Shown here piece by piece: positions 51,698-64,000 of a stretch of 64,000 nucleotides of DNA. The stretch is from Mobula hypostoma (lineage: Eukaryota). A program made the translations under genes and the position numbers. Location of the stretch: contig NC_086108.1 of assembly GCF_963921235.1 (NCBI RefSeq), positions 52,330,001 through 52,394,000 of the forward strand, read 5' to 3'. Under the pieces are notes generated by a model, which ran no database searches, had not been told where the DNA came from, and worked only from the letters and a program-made list of their open reading frames with translations. How positions within the stretch are numbered: the stretch's first letter is position 1; each line of letters starts with the position of its first letter.

Positions 51698-53239
51698 CAG
51701 CTGTCCCCCGCTTTTCGAACATTTGCTTTACAAAACCTCACTGTTATGAAAGACTACATTAGTACCGTTTTCGCTTTCAGAAGGTGTTTTCACTGTTACG
51801 AAAAAAAATCAGCGCGCCCCGCGCAGCCACTCTCCCCCGAATTCGGAACTGCATTCTCGCCGGCATTGCTTAAACACGTGCCTGTGAGCAGTCGTTAGCA
51901 AGATGAGTTCTATGGTATCGGAAACTTAGCGTAAAACTAGACATAATTAAGCGTTTCGATAGTGGTGAACAAAGCAAGGACAAAATGAGTTTGGCTTGTG
52001 GAAGTTGACGAACATGATGTTGAATAGGTTTTGGCATCCCATGACCAAGATCTGATAGATGAAGAGCTGGTGCAATTGGAAGAAAAAAGGATAACAAGCG
52101 AAACTGAATGCAGTACCGAACTGAACGTGAAGCAACTGCGTGAGATTTTCGCTGCAATAATAAAGTACGACTTTAATTTTGAAAGGGTACGTAGGTTTAG
52201 GGGATATTTGCAAGATGGTTTGAGTTCTTACAAAGAACTGTGTGATAGAAAAATGCGCGAGGCTCAGCAGTCAAGCAAGCCTTCCACATCAGCCACAGCA
52301 GACGACGAACCTCGATCTTCGACATCGAGGCAGGTAGAGATAGAAGATGACCTGCCTGCCCTAATGGAAACAGACGATGACGAGGTGACACCCCAGTGTC
52401 CCACCACCCCAATCCCCAGGCCATGGACAGATACCGATTCGCAGAGAATGCAGCGGGAGCCAGGAGGCACACAGCATATTTCTAAGAAAAAAGCTGAAGT
52501 AGACATGCTAATTAATTAGGTGCCGCCCGGCACGTAATTGTCGGCCCAGATCAGAGACGACGCAATCGGAAATCGGCACTGATCTGGGCCGACAATTACG
52601 TGCCGGGTGGCACCTAATTAATTAGAATGTTTATTTCGGCTTTTTTCTTAAAGATATGCTGTGTACCTCCTGGCTACCGCTGCACCCCTGCATGCTTCGC
52701 GGATTGGTATCGGTCGGTGGCCCAGAGGGTAGGGGCCACTGCACCACCCAACCTGCAACGACTTAGCCTAACACACCATCATCAGTGTGCTCAGCGCTGT
52801 CCCGATTCCTGTAAGTGATACTACACTGTACATACATTATTTCTACTTTATATAGGCTGTGTATTTTTACGTGATATTTGGTATGATTTGGCAGCTTCAT
52901 AGCTTAAAGGTTACTGGAGAGCGCTTGCGCCCTGTTTTTGCCAATTGTGCTTGCGTGAGATTTTCGCTACGGAGAACAGTGCAGTAATGATTGTGGAAAA
53001 GTATTTCTACTTTACATAGGCTGTGTATTTATCATATCATTCCTGCTTTTACGATATGTTACTGTTATTTTAGGTTTTATGTGTTATTTGGCATGATTTG
53101 GTAGGTTATTTTTGGGTCTGCGAACGCTCACAAAATTTTCCCACATAAATATATGGTAATTGCTTCTTCGCTTTACGACATTTCGGCTTACGAACCATTT
53201 CATAGGAACGCTCTACCTTCGGATGGCAGGGGAGACCTG
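51698..53239 (+). mobile_element. Tigger-like non-autonomous DNA transposon, copy 2
   Basis: TA TSD, TIRs cagctgtccccc / ggggagacctg; collinear with 31204-32739; long internal palindrome. Confidence 0.9.
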
Positions 53240-53589
53240 TACATCCTGTTTGAAGATAAGGTAGTTCCAGTTACTGCCAGAGTTTGTAACTTTTCTTGCA
53301 AGTATGATTAAACAAAATGCAGCAAAATCACAGCTGAAAAAAGCTAGCAATTCAAAATTCAAAGTAAATTTATTATCAAAGTACATATATGTCACTATAT
53401 ACGACCTTGAGATTCATCTTCTTGCTAGCATTCACAGTAAAACAAAACAAATGAACTACCACCCAGAGCTGCCAGTTTCTGCCTTTGTAACTACAATGAA
53501 GTTCAGGTCTCCAGTACAGAAGTCCCAAAATGACCAGCACTGTCATTTCAACTGCACACTGACACTGGCCACAAACAGTTTGAGTTATT

Positions 53590-54580
53590 TTAGCTGAATC
53601 TGGCTGCTGAACCTGAGCTGTGTCAGACATGGCTATAAGTAGCACTGGGGCCCCACAGGGGATTGTATTGGCTCCCTTCTTGTTTGCCCTGTATACCTCG
53701 GACTTTAGATACAACACTGAGTCATGTCATCTGCAGAAATTCTCTGATGACTCAGCAATAGCTAGGTGTATAAAGGGAGGATGGGAAGATGAATACAGGG
53801 CCTTGGTAGAGGACTTTGTCAAATGGTGCAAGCTGGATCATCTGCAGCTCAACATCAGTAAGACAAAGGAGATGGTGATGGACTTTAGGAAGACTAAGCC
53901 TGCACTGCTCCCTGTTACTATTGATGGTGAGGACATGGATGTGGTGAGGTCCTACAAGTACCTGGGGTGCACCTAGATGACAGACTTGAGTGGAGCACCA
54001 ACACAGAGGCTGTGGACAAGAAGGGCCAGAGTCTCCTCAACTTCCTGAGGAGACAGAGGTCCTACAGAGTATGCAGGCCTCTCCTTCACATGTTCTACTA
54101 GTCTGTTGTTGCCAGTACAATCTTCTATGCAGCGCTGTGCTGGGTCAATGGCATCAACACAGGTGATACCAACAGGCTCAATAAACTGATTAGAAAGGTT
54201 GGCTGTCTTATAGGAGTCAAACTGGACACACCGGAGGCTGTGGTAGAATACAGGACCCTTTAGAAAGTCCTGGCAATTCTGGACAATGCTTCTCACCTTC
54301 TGCATGCCACCTTGGCTGAACAGAGGAGTACCTTTAGTAATAGACCAAGACAACTGTGCTGCTCCAAAGAGCGCTATATGAGGTCATTCTTACCTTCGGC
54401 CATTAGGCTCCATTATGAGTCAACCTATAGCCGGGGAACTGATAACCCTCTCCTGTTAGACTGTTTGAGGTAACTTATTTTTTATTCTTTCTTACTTCTC
54501 TTCTAATATTTGTATATTTGTGCACATGTAATGCTACTGTGACACTGTAATTTCTTTCGGGATCAATAAAGTATCTATTT
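53590..54580 (+). mobile_element. Rex1-type LINE 3' fragment
   Basis: STGAPQGIVLAPFLFALYTSDF, LQKFSDDSA, LNISKTKEMVMDFR; tail gggatcaataaagtatct. Confidence 0.9.
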
Positions 54581-55479
54581 ATTGCTCAAGGAATGAACAA
54601 TTAAGTGGCCACTGACTTCACTGAGAAAGCTTGAGTTAAGTGTTCAAGGTTAGCGGAGATTTAGCAGGGAGGTACTGGAATTCAAAGCTTACATCTATTT
54701 TACATCACTGAATTGTCACAAATGAATATTGATAAAGGAAATTTTGGAATGATAAACTTCAGTTACTTTATGTACATTGTCCCCCACAAAGTTTAGCATA
54801 TATTCTGTTCTAGTTAATTTTTCATTCTTCCCCTTTGGAAATTTAAATATAATTCATCGCCTGTTTATATCTCTCTCCACAGACTTATCTTTACCACACT
54901 CATTCAGCCAGCAATCACCCCTAGCGATACTCAATTTCTCACAGTATGAACCTCATCATAAACTGATCTGTCTGTTATGTTCGCCCCCTCCCCACCTTCA
55001 GCAACTTTAAATTTACTATGTCCATGCTTTTCTCAATGAAAGGTCATTTGCCTGAAACATTAACTGTTCCTCTCTTCATAAAAGTTACTTTAATTACTGA
55101 GTATTTCGTTTTTATTTCGAATAAATATCTTGGTTTTTTTTCAGGCCGATTTGAATAAAGGGGATCAAGGTCGTAGAAAGGTTTGAGTCATGTTCTAATG
55201 CATCAACGATATTCAGACAGACCACAAGCTACTATAAAATTTCACAACATTACAATTCCATAGTTAAAATTTACAAAATACATGAATAACATTTTGGTAC
55301 AAAACCATGCGGGTAAATAATCGTTAACGTCAGGTGCAGCTACACTGGCAATGGCCTGGCTTACCATTCGAGTGCAAGATCATCGGCTCGCCACTTCATT
55401 TATAGTGCCAAGAACGTTAACAACCCCGAACCGAGGCCTCACCAAAGCCACAACTAAATTTAGGTCCAGCAATCACCAT

Positions 55480-55810
55480 CGCCACCGTCCCCCGCCCCTT
55501 TTGGATCAAAACAGTAATGGCACATACGCACAATGACACCAAGTTGCACGCATGGCCTCCGGCTGGATTTTACCGGTGATAGGCGCTGTTACCTGCAGTC
55601 TGGGAGGCTGACCTGTTGCTTGTCACATTCCACTTCGCTCCCCACAAACGGAAACGCACCGCGCGCGCCCGTCGCCAGTTCGCCGGAGCGCGCGCCCGTC
55701 GCCAGTTCGCCGGAGCGCGCGCCCGTCGCCAGTTCGCCGGAGCGCGCGCGCGCGACCTCGCACCGGCTCATCCTCTCCCTGCGCTCCACGCAGACCCAGG
55801 GTCGCCTCCT
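55480..55810 (-). promoter_or_regulatory. CpG island, probable PRKAB2 promoter and non-coding first exon
   Basis: Densest non-transposon CpG cluster upstream of the PRKAB2 ATG exon; GC box ccccgcccc near 55490; minus-strand donor candidates cag|gtaaca (exon end 55593) and atg|gtaagc (exon end 55365). Assignment is inferred. Confidence 0.6.
55661..55753. repeat. Perfect 27-bp tandem repeat x3 followed by a (GC)n run
   Basis: gcgcgcgcccgtcgccagttcgccgga at 55661, 55688 and 55715, then gcgcgcgcgcgc. Confidence 0.97.
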
Positions 55811-58126
55811 GCAGACACAAACCAATCAACCCTAGTAGAGATCCTGACATGATTACGGGGAACACAGTGCTGCCTGAAATTTAAAACAAAAACAAACAAT
55901 AAAAAGGTAGAAATTCTATGTAGCATCAGTCAAGAGTGAATAAAAGAGTTAATGTCGTTGAGTGGTGTCCTTTCAATAGAAGATCTGTTGAATATTTCCA
56001 ATGTTTTCCGTTTTGACTTCGGACTCACAGAATTGCAGTGTTGTACATTTAAAATGCAAATTAGTATTTCCAGTTTACACTTCCTTTTGTCATATCTGTT
56101 CTCTGTTCTACTACTATCCCTTTTAGATTGCACCACCATCACTTTCAACGTTTAATTCCTCTTCCACTTATTACTATTACACTACATTGTTCTTCTTTCT
56201 CCAATGTACTGTGCACTTCCATTTATCCCTAATTTCTGACGAAGTAGTATTGAACTGAAACATCTTTTTGCTCCACTTGTGCTGTATTTCCAGCTTTTAC
56301 TGCCTTTTCTAGAGAGTTCCAAATGCAGCAGTATTTAACCTTAGTCAAGTAGAGCTTCTGATGTTACTTTGACAAAAGTGTAAAATAAACCTTCAGAGGA
56401 AGTTGAGATGTTCAACATGTCAATAGCATGATGGATGTCAAGTACTTACTCTTATTTACTGTCTTAATAATCATTATAAAAGGCAGCATTCATTTCATTT
56501 AGTTGAAGCCTTCTTTAAACTCAAAATCTAATGACAGCATCCAATCTATATCCTAACAAGGAGCCTTTATGTAGCATCACACCGTTAGATAATAACCTTG
56601 ATATAGAGAAGCTATCCCTGTAAATAAGCCTGTTTTTAATAATTACTTCAAGAGCAATTCATCCTTTATGTCATTGCCTGTTATTTGGAAGAACAGCTGA
56701 GACATTCAGTTATTTATATCCTGCCTGACTCCTTAAGACTAATGTCAAAATTGAAAAATCCAGATTTTATATACGTATATCCATTTACCCCGACCCAGCA
56801 TTAATATATTTTCAGATTGTTTATCTTTCTTTATTTCTAAATATTTATTTTCATTGGTAGCAAGTGTGACCTTTCCATACAAGCACAGTTGAAGCTGAGT
56901 CATTAAATTTTATTTTGTGTCATGTTGCATGTAGTATATTTTAGTTAATCTACTTTGCTAATTAAAAATATGAAAATGATGTTTGGCCTGTTATTTGTTG
57001 ACATTACTTCTAGTTTCTAAAAACTCCATATACTGTATTAAAATTATAAAATTAATTGTTAAATTAAAAATTTAGAACTATCCTAGAATTAAACACTTAT
57101 GCATCAATGAGAAAGTTACTACAATTGACAGTGTATTGACAAGATTCATTTTTAGATTTTTTAATTAGATTACTTATCTGTCAACTGTACATGAGCAGAG
57201 TTATTATACTTTTTTTTATAGCCATGGTTCAAATGATGCTTAAAATTAACAGAAAATTTTAATTTATTAACTGTTCTTTGCAAAATTTCCCATTGGAATT
57301 TAAGAAAAAGAGTTTTCCAAAAGTCCTACAGTTCGGAAAATTACTAGATAAAGGAAAGAAGTATTTCAGAATGATTTTAAACCTTTTTTATTGTGCCTTA
57401 AATTTCATAATTCCATATGAAGTTCCAACATTGTGATGGATTTTCACCAGAACTTTTGTCATTATGTTGAATTATGTAGGATTTTTACTATTTTTTATTC
57501 CAAATATTGAGTATTTTAATATCTTTCCAAATTTAGGATATCCCTGACTTGTCCTGTAAAATAAATGTCAGCAGTATTCTCGTGCAATGAACAGATGTGC
57601 AAAATTACTTTGTCAAGTTTACCTTCACAAAGCAATTATTGACGAATAGAACCAGGTCCAACACCATAAGGTGTACAACAGGACTCTTGGCATGTATCTG
57701 AGAAATGACAGTACTTTTTCTTGTTATTTCTTTATTGGTCTCAGGTTACAGACCTATAGTATTTAACCTCCGTCCTCTAAATTCCAAATGTATTATTTGA
57801 ATGTTCGTTACTCACCCACATCCTTAAGGATTGAAATTGTCCTTTTGGACATTCCCTTTTCCTTTTTTCATATTATTTATGATGTTTTCAATTGTATCCC
57901 TAATTGCTACAAATTGTTCTCATATTCCTTTGAAAGACAGTTGATGAAGATGCATACACATCTCTGCTTTAGTAATGCAATTAGTAGAGCTCTGCAACTC
58001 ATTTTCTCAGTACTCATTGCTTATTTATTTATCTTTTTTGTTTTTTTCTTGTTTTGTCTTTGCAGTTTGTTGTCTTTTGGTTGTAATCTGTCCTATTGGG
58101 GGCAATCCTTCATTCATTCATTCAAG

Positions 58127-60040
58127 AACATACAACATAGAAATCCATAGCACATTACAGGCCCTTCAGCCCACAATGTTGTGCTGACCATGTAACCTAT
58201 TCTAGAAGCTGCCTAGAATTTCCCTACCGCATAGCCCTCTATTTTTCTAAGCTCCATGTACCTATCTACAAGTCTCTTGAAAGACCCTGTTGTAACCGCC
58301 TCGACCACCATTGTTGGCAGTGCATTCCACTCTGTGTGAAAAACTTAGCCCCAACATCCCCTCTGTACCTACTTCCCAACACCTCCCTCGTGTTAGCCCT
58401 GAAAAAAGTCTCTGGCTATCCACACGATCGATGCCTCTCATCATCTTATACACCCCTATCGGGTTACCTCTCATCCTCCATCACTCCAAGGGGAAAAGAC
58501 CAACTTCACTCAACCTATTCTCATAAGGCACACTCTCCAATCCAGGCAACATCCTTGTAAATCACCTCTGCACTCTATTTATAGTATCCACATCCTCCCT
58601 GTAGTGAGGTGACCAGAACTGAACACAGTACTCCAAGTGAGGTCTGACCAAGGTCTTATATAGCTGTAACACTACCTCACGGCTCTTGAACACAATCCCA
58701 TGGTTGATGAATGCCAACATCGTGTGGATAGCCAGAGGCTTTTTCCCAGGGCTGAAATGGCTAACATGAGGAAGCATAGTTTTAAGGTGCTTAGAAGTAT
58801 GTACAAGGGGGATGTCAGAGGTAAGTCTTTCACCCAGAGAGTGGTGGATGCATGGAATGCACTGCCAGCGATGCTTGTAGAGGCAGATACAACTGGGTCT
58901 TTTAAGAGATTCGTAGGTAGGTAGATGGAGCTTAGAAAAATAGAGGGCTATGCGGTAGGGAAAATGTTGGCAGTTTCTAGAGTAGGTTACATGATTGGCA
59001 CGACATTATGGGTCGAAGGGTCTGTAATGTGCTGCAGATTTCTATGTTCTATGTTCTAGCACACCATACGCCTTCTTAACAACACTGTCAACCTGCGCAG
59101 CAGCTTTGAGTGAACACAGACACCAAGATCTCTCTGATCCTCCACATTACCAAGAATCTTACCATTAATACTATATTCTGTCTTCAAATTTGACCTACCA
59201 AAATCAACAACTTCACATATATCTGGGTTGAACTCCACCTGCCACTTCTCAGCCCAGTTCTGCACCCTATCGATGTCCCAATGTAACCTCTGACAAGCCT
59301 CCAGACTATCCACAACACCCCCGACCTTTGTATCATCAGCAAACTTACTAACCCACACTTCCACTTTTTCATCCAGAACATTTATAAAAAAATCACAAAG
59401 AGGAGGGGTCCCAGAACAGATCCCTGAGGCACACCACTGGTCACTGACCTCCATGCAGAATATGACCCATCTAAAACCATTCTTTGCCTTCTGTGGGCAA
59501 GTCAATTCTGGATCCACAAAGCAAGGTCTCTTTGGATCCCATGCCTCCTTACTTTCTGAATGAGCCTTACATGGGGAACCTTATCAAATGCCTTTCTGAA
59601 ATCCATATGCACTACATCCACTGCTCCACCATCATCAATGTGTTTTGTTACATTCTCAAAGAATTCAACCAGACTCGTAAGGCATGACCTGCCCTTGACG
59701 AAGCCATGCTGACTATCCCTAATCAGATTATGTCTCTCCAAATGCTCGTAGATCCTGCCTCTCAGGATCTTCAACAACTTGCCCACCAGTGAAGTCAGAC
59801 TCACTAGTCTATAATTTCCTGGGTTATCTCTACTCTCTCTCTTGAACAAGGGAACAACATTTTCAACCCTCCAATCTTCTGGTACTTCTATCACTATTGA
59901 TGATGCAAAGATCATTGCCAGAGGCTCAGCAATCTCCTTCCTCACTTCCCACAGCACCCTGGGGTGTATCTTGTCCAGACTCAGTGACTTATCTAACTTA
60001 ATGCTTTTCCAAAGCTCCAGCACGGCCTCTTTCTTAATAT
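58127..60040 (-). mobile_element. CR1 LINE fragment
   Basis: PEDWRVENVVPLFK, QHGFVKGRSCLTSL, KFADDTK, RPHLEYCVQFWSP. Confidence 0.92.
58718..59057 (+). mobile_element. CR1 3' fragment of the same family inserted antisense into the CR1 above
   Basis: Reverse-complement similarity to 58127-58430; tail ttctatgttctatgttcta. Confidence 0.85.
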
Positions 60041-61219
60041 CTTTTGTGTTTCTTGTATTTACTGTGAATGTCCACAGGAAAACTAATCTCAGGGTTGTAT
60101 ATGGTGACATATATGTAGTTTAATAATACACTTACCTTGAACTTTGACCAATAATTTAGGCTATATGAGTTATATGGTTCAAGTTTACGTGCTGTCCCCC
60201 TGAAATGTTTTCAGAACCAGAAGTTCAGCCATGTAGCAGGTAAAAAGCAGTGTGGTAGATGTCATGGAGAACATGATTATGTAATTGTGGAGAAGGCATT
60301 AGGACAAAATATCACAATTGTGGTGAGTGTTTATGCTGGTTGTCCTGTACATAAGAAAGCTGTGGTAGTGCAGTATGTTTGGGTGGAAATGGGTATACTG
60401 TATACCAGGCTCCCAACAGGCTCCGGGACAGCTTCTTCCACCAGGCCATCAGACTCATGAACTCATGCTGACTTGAGTATACTCTGTATTACATTAACTA
60501 TTCTATTTATTATATAAATTACTACAATTGCACATTTAGATGGAGACATAACGTAAAGATTTTTACTCCTTATGTATGTGAAGGATGTAAGAAATAAAGT
60601 CAATATCAAATGCCAAGGCTCTTCAGAAAGCACAGTAGGCTGTGTCAATGGTACTTATTATTATCCGGAATACCGTCCATAAAGATTAAAGTCAGTGTGT
60701 AAAGTGCAAGATTTTATAACCAACGATTTGTTGATTGATGATAAACTCAAATTTATTACTTTAATGGCTGATGTGGTAAATGCTTCAGCACAAACTAAAA
60801 GTGGGACTGAAAAAAATAAAAATTATATTAAAGGCTGCAGAAAAAAAATTTAGAGATTAAAGACCTAACCCTAGAAGTTATTAATTATGCCTTTCAAGGA
60901 GGGGTAAATAATATACAGACTTCAGAGAAGGGCTGACAATGTTCTCTTTAATTTTTTTGTTTTTTTTTAATCCTACAATGGAATGCTAGAAGTTATTAGC
61001 TATTAGTCAGGGTATTTTCACCCTCATAGTACCATGTAGGACTGTAGTGACACAAATGGGAACCTTTCTGGAAGAAAAGTACTGTATTTAATGCGCTTGA
61101 ATTATGCTCAATAGGCGGCGATACTGCACCTCATGTTGGTCTGCCAATCGCCATTAAACATTACTAGCCATTATCTTTGACTACCAGTCCTTTGTGAGAG
61201 ATCAACCAGTCAGTTTGGG

Positions 61220-61497
61220 ACACCGGTGCTCCGTGAGAGAGCTGGAAGTCCGCCCTTGCCCAGCCCACTGCCCACCAACAGCACTCTCAAATCTTCCGGA
61301 CCCAAAGTTTGCACCGCGCATGCTTCTCTGTGGCACTGGGATTGATCGCCGACCGAGTGCTGCATGTGGTTCCGGGTCAGCCGGACGTATGCCGTTGGTG
61401 GTTCGGTGTCTAGGGTGGAGAAGGGTTAGAGGGAGACTGGCATCTTATTCCCGGACCTAGTGGCGGGCTGCCTATCTGGCTCTCCGGCCAGACGGCC
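61220..61497 (+). promoter_or_regulatory. CpG-rich SCYL3 promoter / 5'UTR
   Basis: ETS-like ggaagt (61244) and cttccgg (61293), GC box ccgccc (61250), NRF1-like cgcgcatgc (61315), directly upstream of the SCYL3 ATG. Confidence 0.6.
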
Positions 61498-61662
61498 ATG
61501 GGAGCGGAGAGCAGTGCGGCGAGGTCCCCCCGTCTGGAAGAGCCGCCGGTAACCTTGCCCGGTGGTCTCAGCGTATACCGAGCGACGCTGGACGAAGAAC
61601 AGCTGGCATCCGTGTTCGTCTATCAGCGGGGTAATGAGGACACTGTCAACAAGGCCGCAAAG
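61498..61662 (+). CDS. SCYL3: SCY1-like pseudokinase 3 (PACE-1), first coding exon
   Basis: gccATGg start; [55 protein letters not shown] matches the SCYL3 N-terminus (MGSENSALK...EPPFTLPSGLAVY...ASVFVYKRENEDKVNKAAK); donor aag|gtgagc at 61663; 165 nt. Confidence 0.93.
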
Positions 61663-62424
61663 GTGAGCAACGCCAAGGCAGGTGCAGCGTGAATTGCATC
61701 CTCTTCAAAGATCTGACACTTCATATAGTGATGAATACAGTCATTCATTTGATTTATTTTATATTTTGTTAGCCTTGAGAGTTACAACTATGGTGTTTGT
61801 GGTGCGCTGTAATTTTTTTTTGAGCATTTCCTCATTCAGCTGCTGCTACGGTCACCATTCCCTGTGCACACCAGAAGGCTGAGGGTACACTGTAGTTCAG
61901 ATTGCCAAAGTAAGTGTGGCTTCATGTGAAAATAGTGAAGAATTTTAATGACACATTTGCGAAGGTTGAAGGCATGCTTGTCAAAGTACGACTAAAATCA
62001 TGACTGATTGAAGGTGGGGGAAGATCAAATTTGAAAATGAGAAATACAAATGGAAACAAAACAAAACCTGCAGGTAATTGTTTTCATAACTTTCTGATCA
62101 GTCAGCTTCTGTGGAAGGAGAAAGAGTGTTGAAAGTTTAAGGTTGGAGACCTGGGAATTAATTGTTACTTCATTGGTAGCAAATGTACTGTGAATTAGTG
62201 AACATATAGAGACTTGGTATGATACAACCACAGAACTTTGAGTTTGAGTTTACAGGTGGTAGATCCAAGGAGGCCAGGCAGGAGTGCATTGGATTAGTTA
62301 ACTCCTGAGATAACATAATGCAACTTTGCCATTTAATGAGAGCAATTCATCCTTCCTCCTAAGTAGGGAAAGGAAAGTCTGATTCACAATATAACCATCA
62401 AGTATTCCTTGTTGAAAGTACTAA

Positions 62425-63955
62425 AAACCTATGCTGATCAACCGGCTGAACTGTTCACTGAGATATTTAACCTCTTGCTTTGGCAATCTGAGGTACCCAA
62501 TTGATTCAAGCAGGCTTCAATTATAGTGGTGCTTAAGAAGGAAGTAATAACTTGCCTCAATGACTGTCGTCCAGGGGCACTTACATCCACAGTGATGCAG
62601 TGTTTTGAGAGGTTGGTGATGAAGCATATCAACTCCTGCCTGAGAAGCGATTTGGATCAGTTCCAGTATGCCGACCAGAGCAATAGGTCCACAGCAGATG
62701 CCATCTCATTGGCTCTTCACTCAACCCTAGAACGTCTGAACAGCAAAGGTGCATACATCAGGATACTCTTTATTGACAACAGCTTAACATTTAGTACTAT
62801 CATCACCTCAAAACTAAACAATAAACTCCAAGACCTTGGCCTCAATACCTCCTTATGCTATTGGATCTGAAGACCCCAGTCAATTCAGATTGGCAACATC
62901 TCCATGATCTCCGTCAGCACAGGTGCGCCGCAAGGCTATGTGCTTAGCCCTCTGCTCTACTTGCTTTCCACTTGTGACTGTATGGCTAAGCACAGCTCAG
63001 ATACCATATTCAGGTTTGCTGAACTTGACTTCACTGTCATAGGCCGCATCAAAAGTGGTGATGAGTCAACATATGGAAGGGAGATTGAAAATCTGGCTGA
63101 GTGGTTCCATAACAATAATCTTTGACTCAATATCAGCAAGACCAAGGAGGAAACCAGAGGTCCGTGAGCCAGTCTTTATTGGAGGATCAGAGGTGGAGAC
63201 GGTCAGCAACTTTAAATTCCTCAGTGTTATTATTTCAGTAGACCTGTCCTGGGCCCAGCATGTGTGCAATTACGAAGAAAGCACGGCAGTACTTCTGCTT
63301 TCTTCAGAATTTACGAAGTTTCGGCATGACGTTTAAAACTTTGACTAACTTATATAGGTGTGTAGTGGAGAATATATTGACTGGCCCTCCATCACAACCA
63401 ATGGCCTCAAACAGAAAATCCATCCTGGCCCACTCCATCATGGATAAAGCCTACCATTGAGCACATTTGCCTGGAGCATTGTTGCAGAAAAGCAGCATCC
63501 AGCGTCGGGAACCTCCACCATCCAGGACATGCTTTCTTCTTGCTGTTGCCATCAGAAAGAAGGTACAAGAGCCTCAGGACTCACACCACCAGGTTCAGGA
63601 ACAGTTACTACCTCTCAACCATCAGGCTTTTAAACTAGAGGGGAAAACTTCACTCAGCTCCACTTTCCCCATCACTGAAATGTTCTCACAACCTATGGAT
63701 TCACATACAAGGACTCTTCATCTCATGTTCTCATTATTTATTTATTTGTTTGTTTGTTTGTTCTTTTTGTATTTGCACAGTTTTTTGTCTTTTACACACT
63801 GGTTGAACGTCCAAGTTAGTGTGGTCTTTATTTGATTCTATTATGGTTATTGTTGAATTATGGATTTATTGAGTATGCCTGCAAGAAAATGAATCTCAGG
63901 GTTGAATATGGTAATGTGTATATACTTTGATAATAAATTTACTTTGAACTTTGAA
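62425..63955 (+). mobile_element. Rex1/Babar LINE fragment in the SCYL3 intron
   Basis: MQCFERLV, STGAPQGYVLSPLLY motifs; tail aataaatttactttgaactttgaa. Confidence 0.88.
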
Positions 63956-64000
63956 TTGTACACCACTTCTGTACCAAAAGGGTGGAGTCCTGTTTACCAG

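Noticed and set aside
55661..55753. CRISPR-like array or repeat-containing proteins (RAPVASSPE repeats)
   Set aside because: Head-to-tail repeats without spacers in eukaryotic DNA; the ORFs are a by-product of a GC-rich 27-bp unit.

Overview
Repeat-rich vertebrate genomic DNA. The transposon repertoire suggests a cartilaginous fish such as a ray, which is an inference. The minus strand carries six coding exons of the AMPK beta-2 gene (PRKAB2): 29331-29164, 25474-25308, 18882-18789, 15270-15156, 8970-8837 and 1155-1087. All introns are GT-AG and in frame, giving 249 codons; the last coding exon lies left of the window. Its probable CpG-island promoter and non-coding first exon are near 55.6-55.8 kb. 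Divergently, the first coding exon of SCYL3 (PACE-1) is at 61498-61662 on the plus strand. Introns and intergenic DNA are filled with decayed or non-autonomous elements: a BEL/Pao LTR element with an internal deletion, two solo LTRs, many Rex1/Babar, CR1 and RTE LINEs (one BovB-like), Penelope-like GIY-YIG retroelements, tRNA-derived SINEs, and Tc1, mariner, Tigger and hAT derivatives, often deeply nested. The most notable non-coding signal is a set of minimal type-I hammerhead ribozymes at the 3' ends of the Penelope-like elements; two are in sense orientation inside the PRKAB2 pre-mRNA. Family names come from motif recognition, not database searches, and ends without a target-site duplication (TSD) are approximate.
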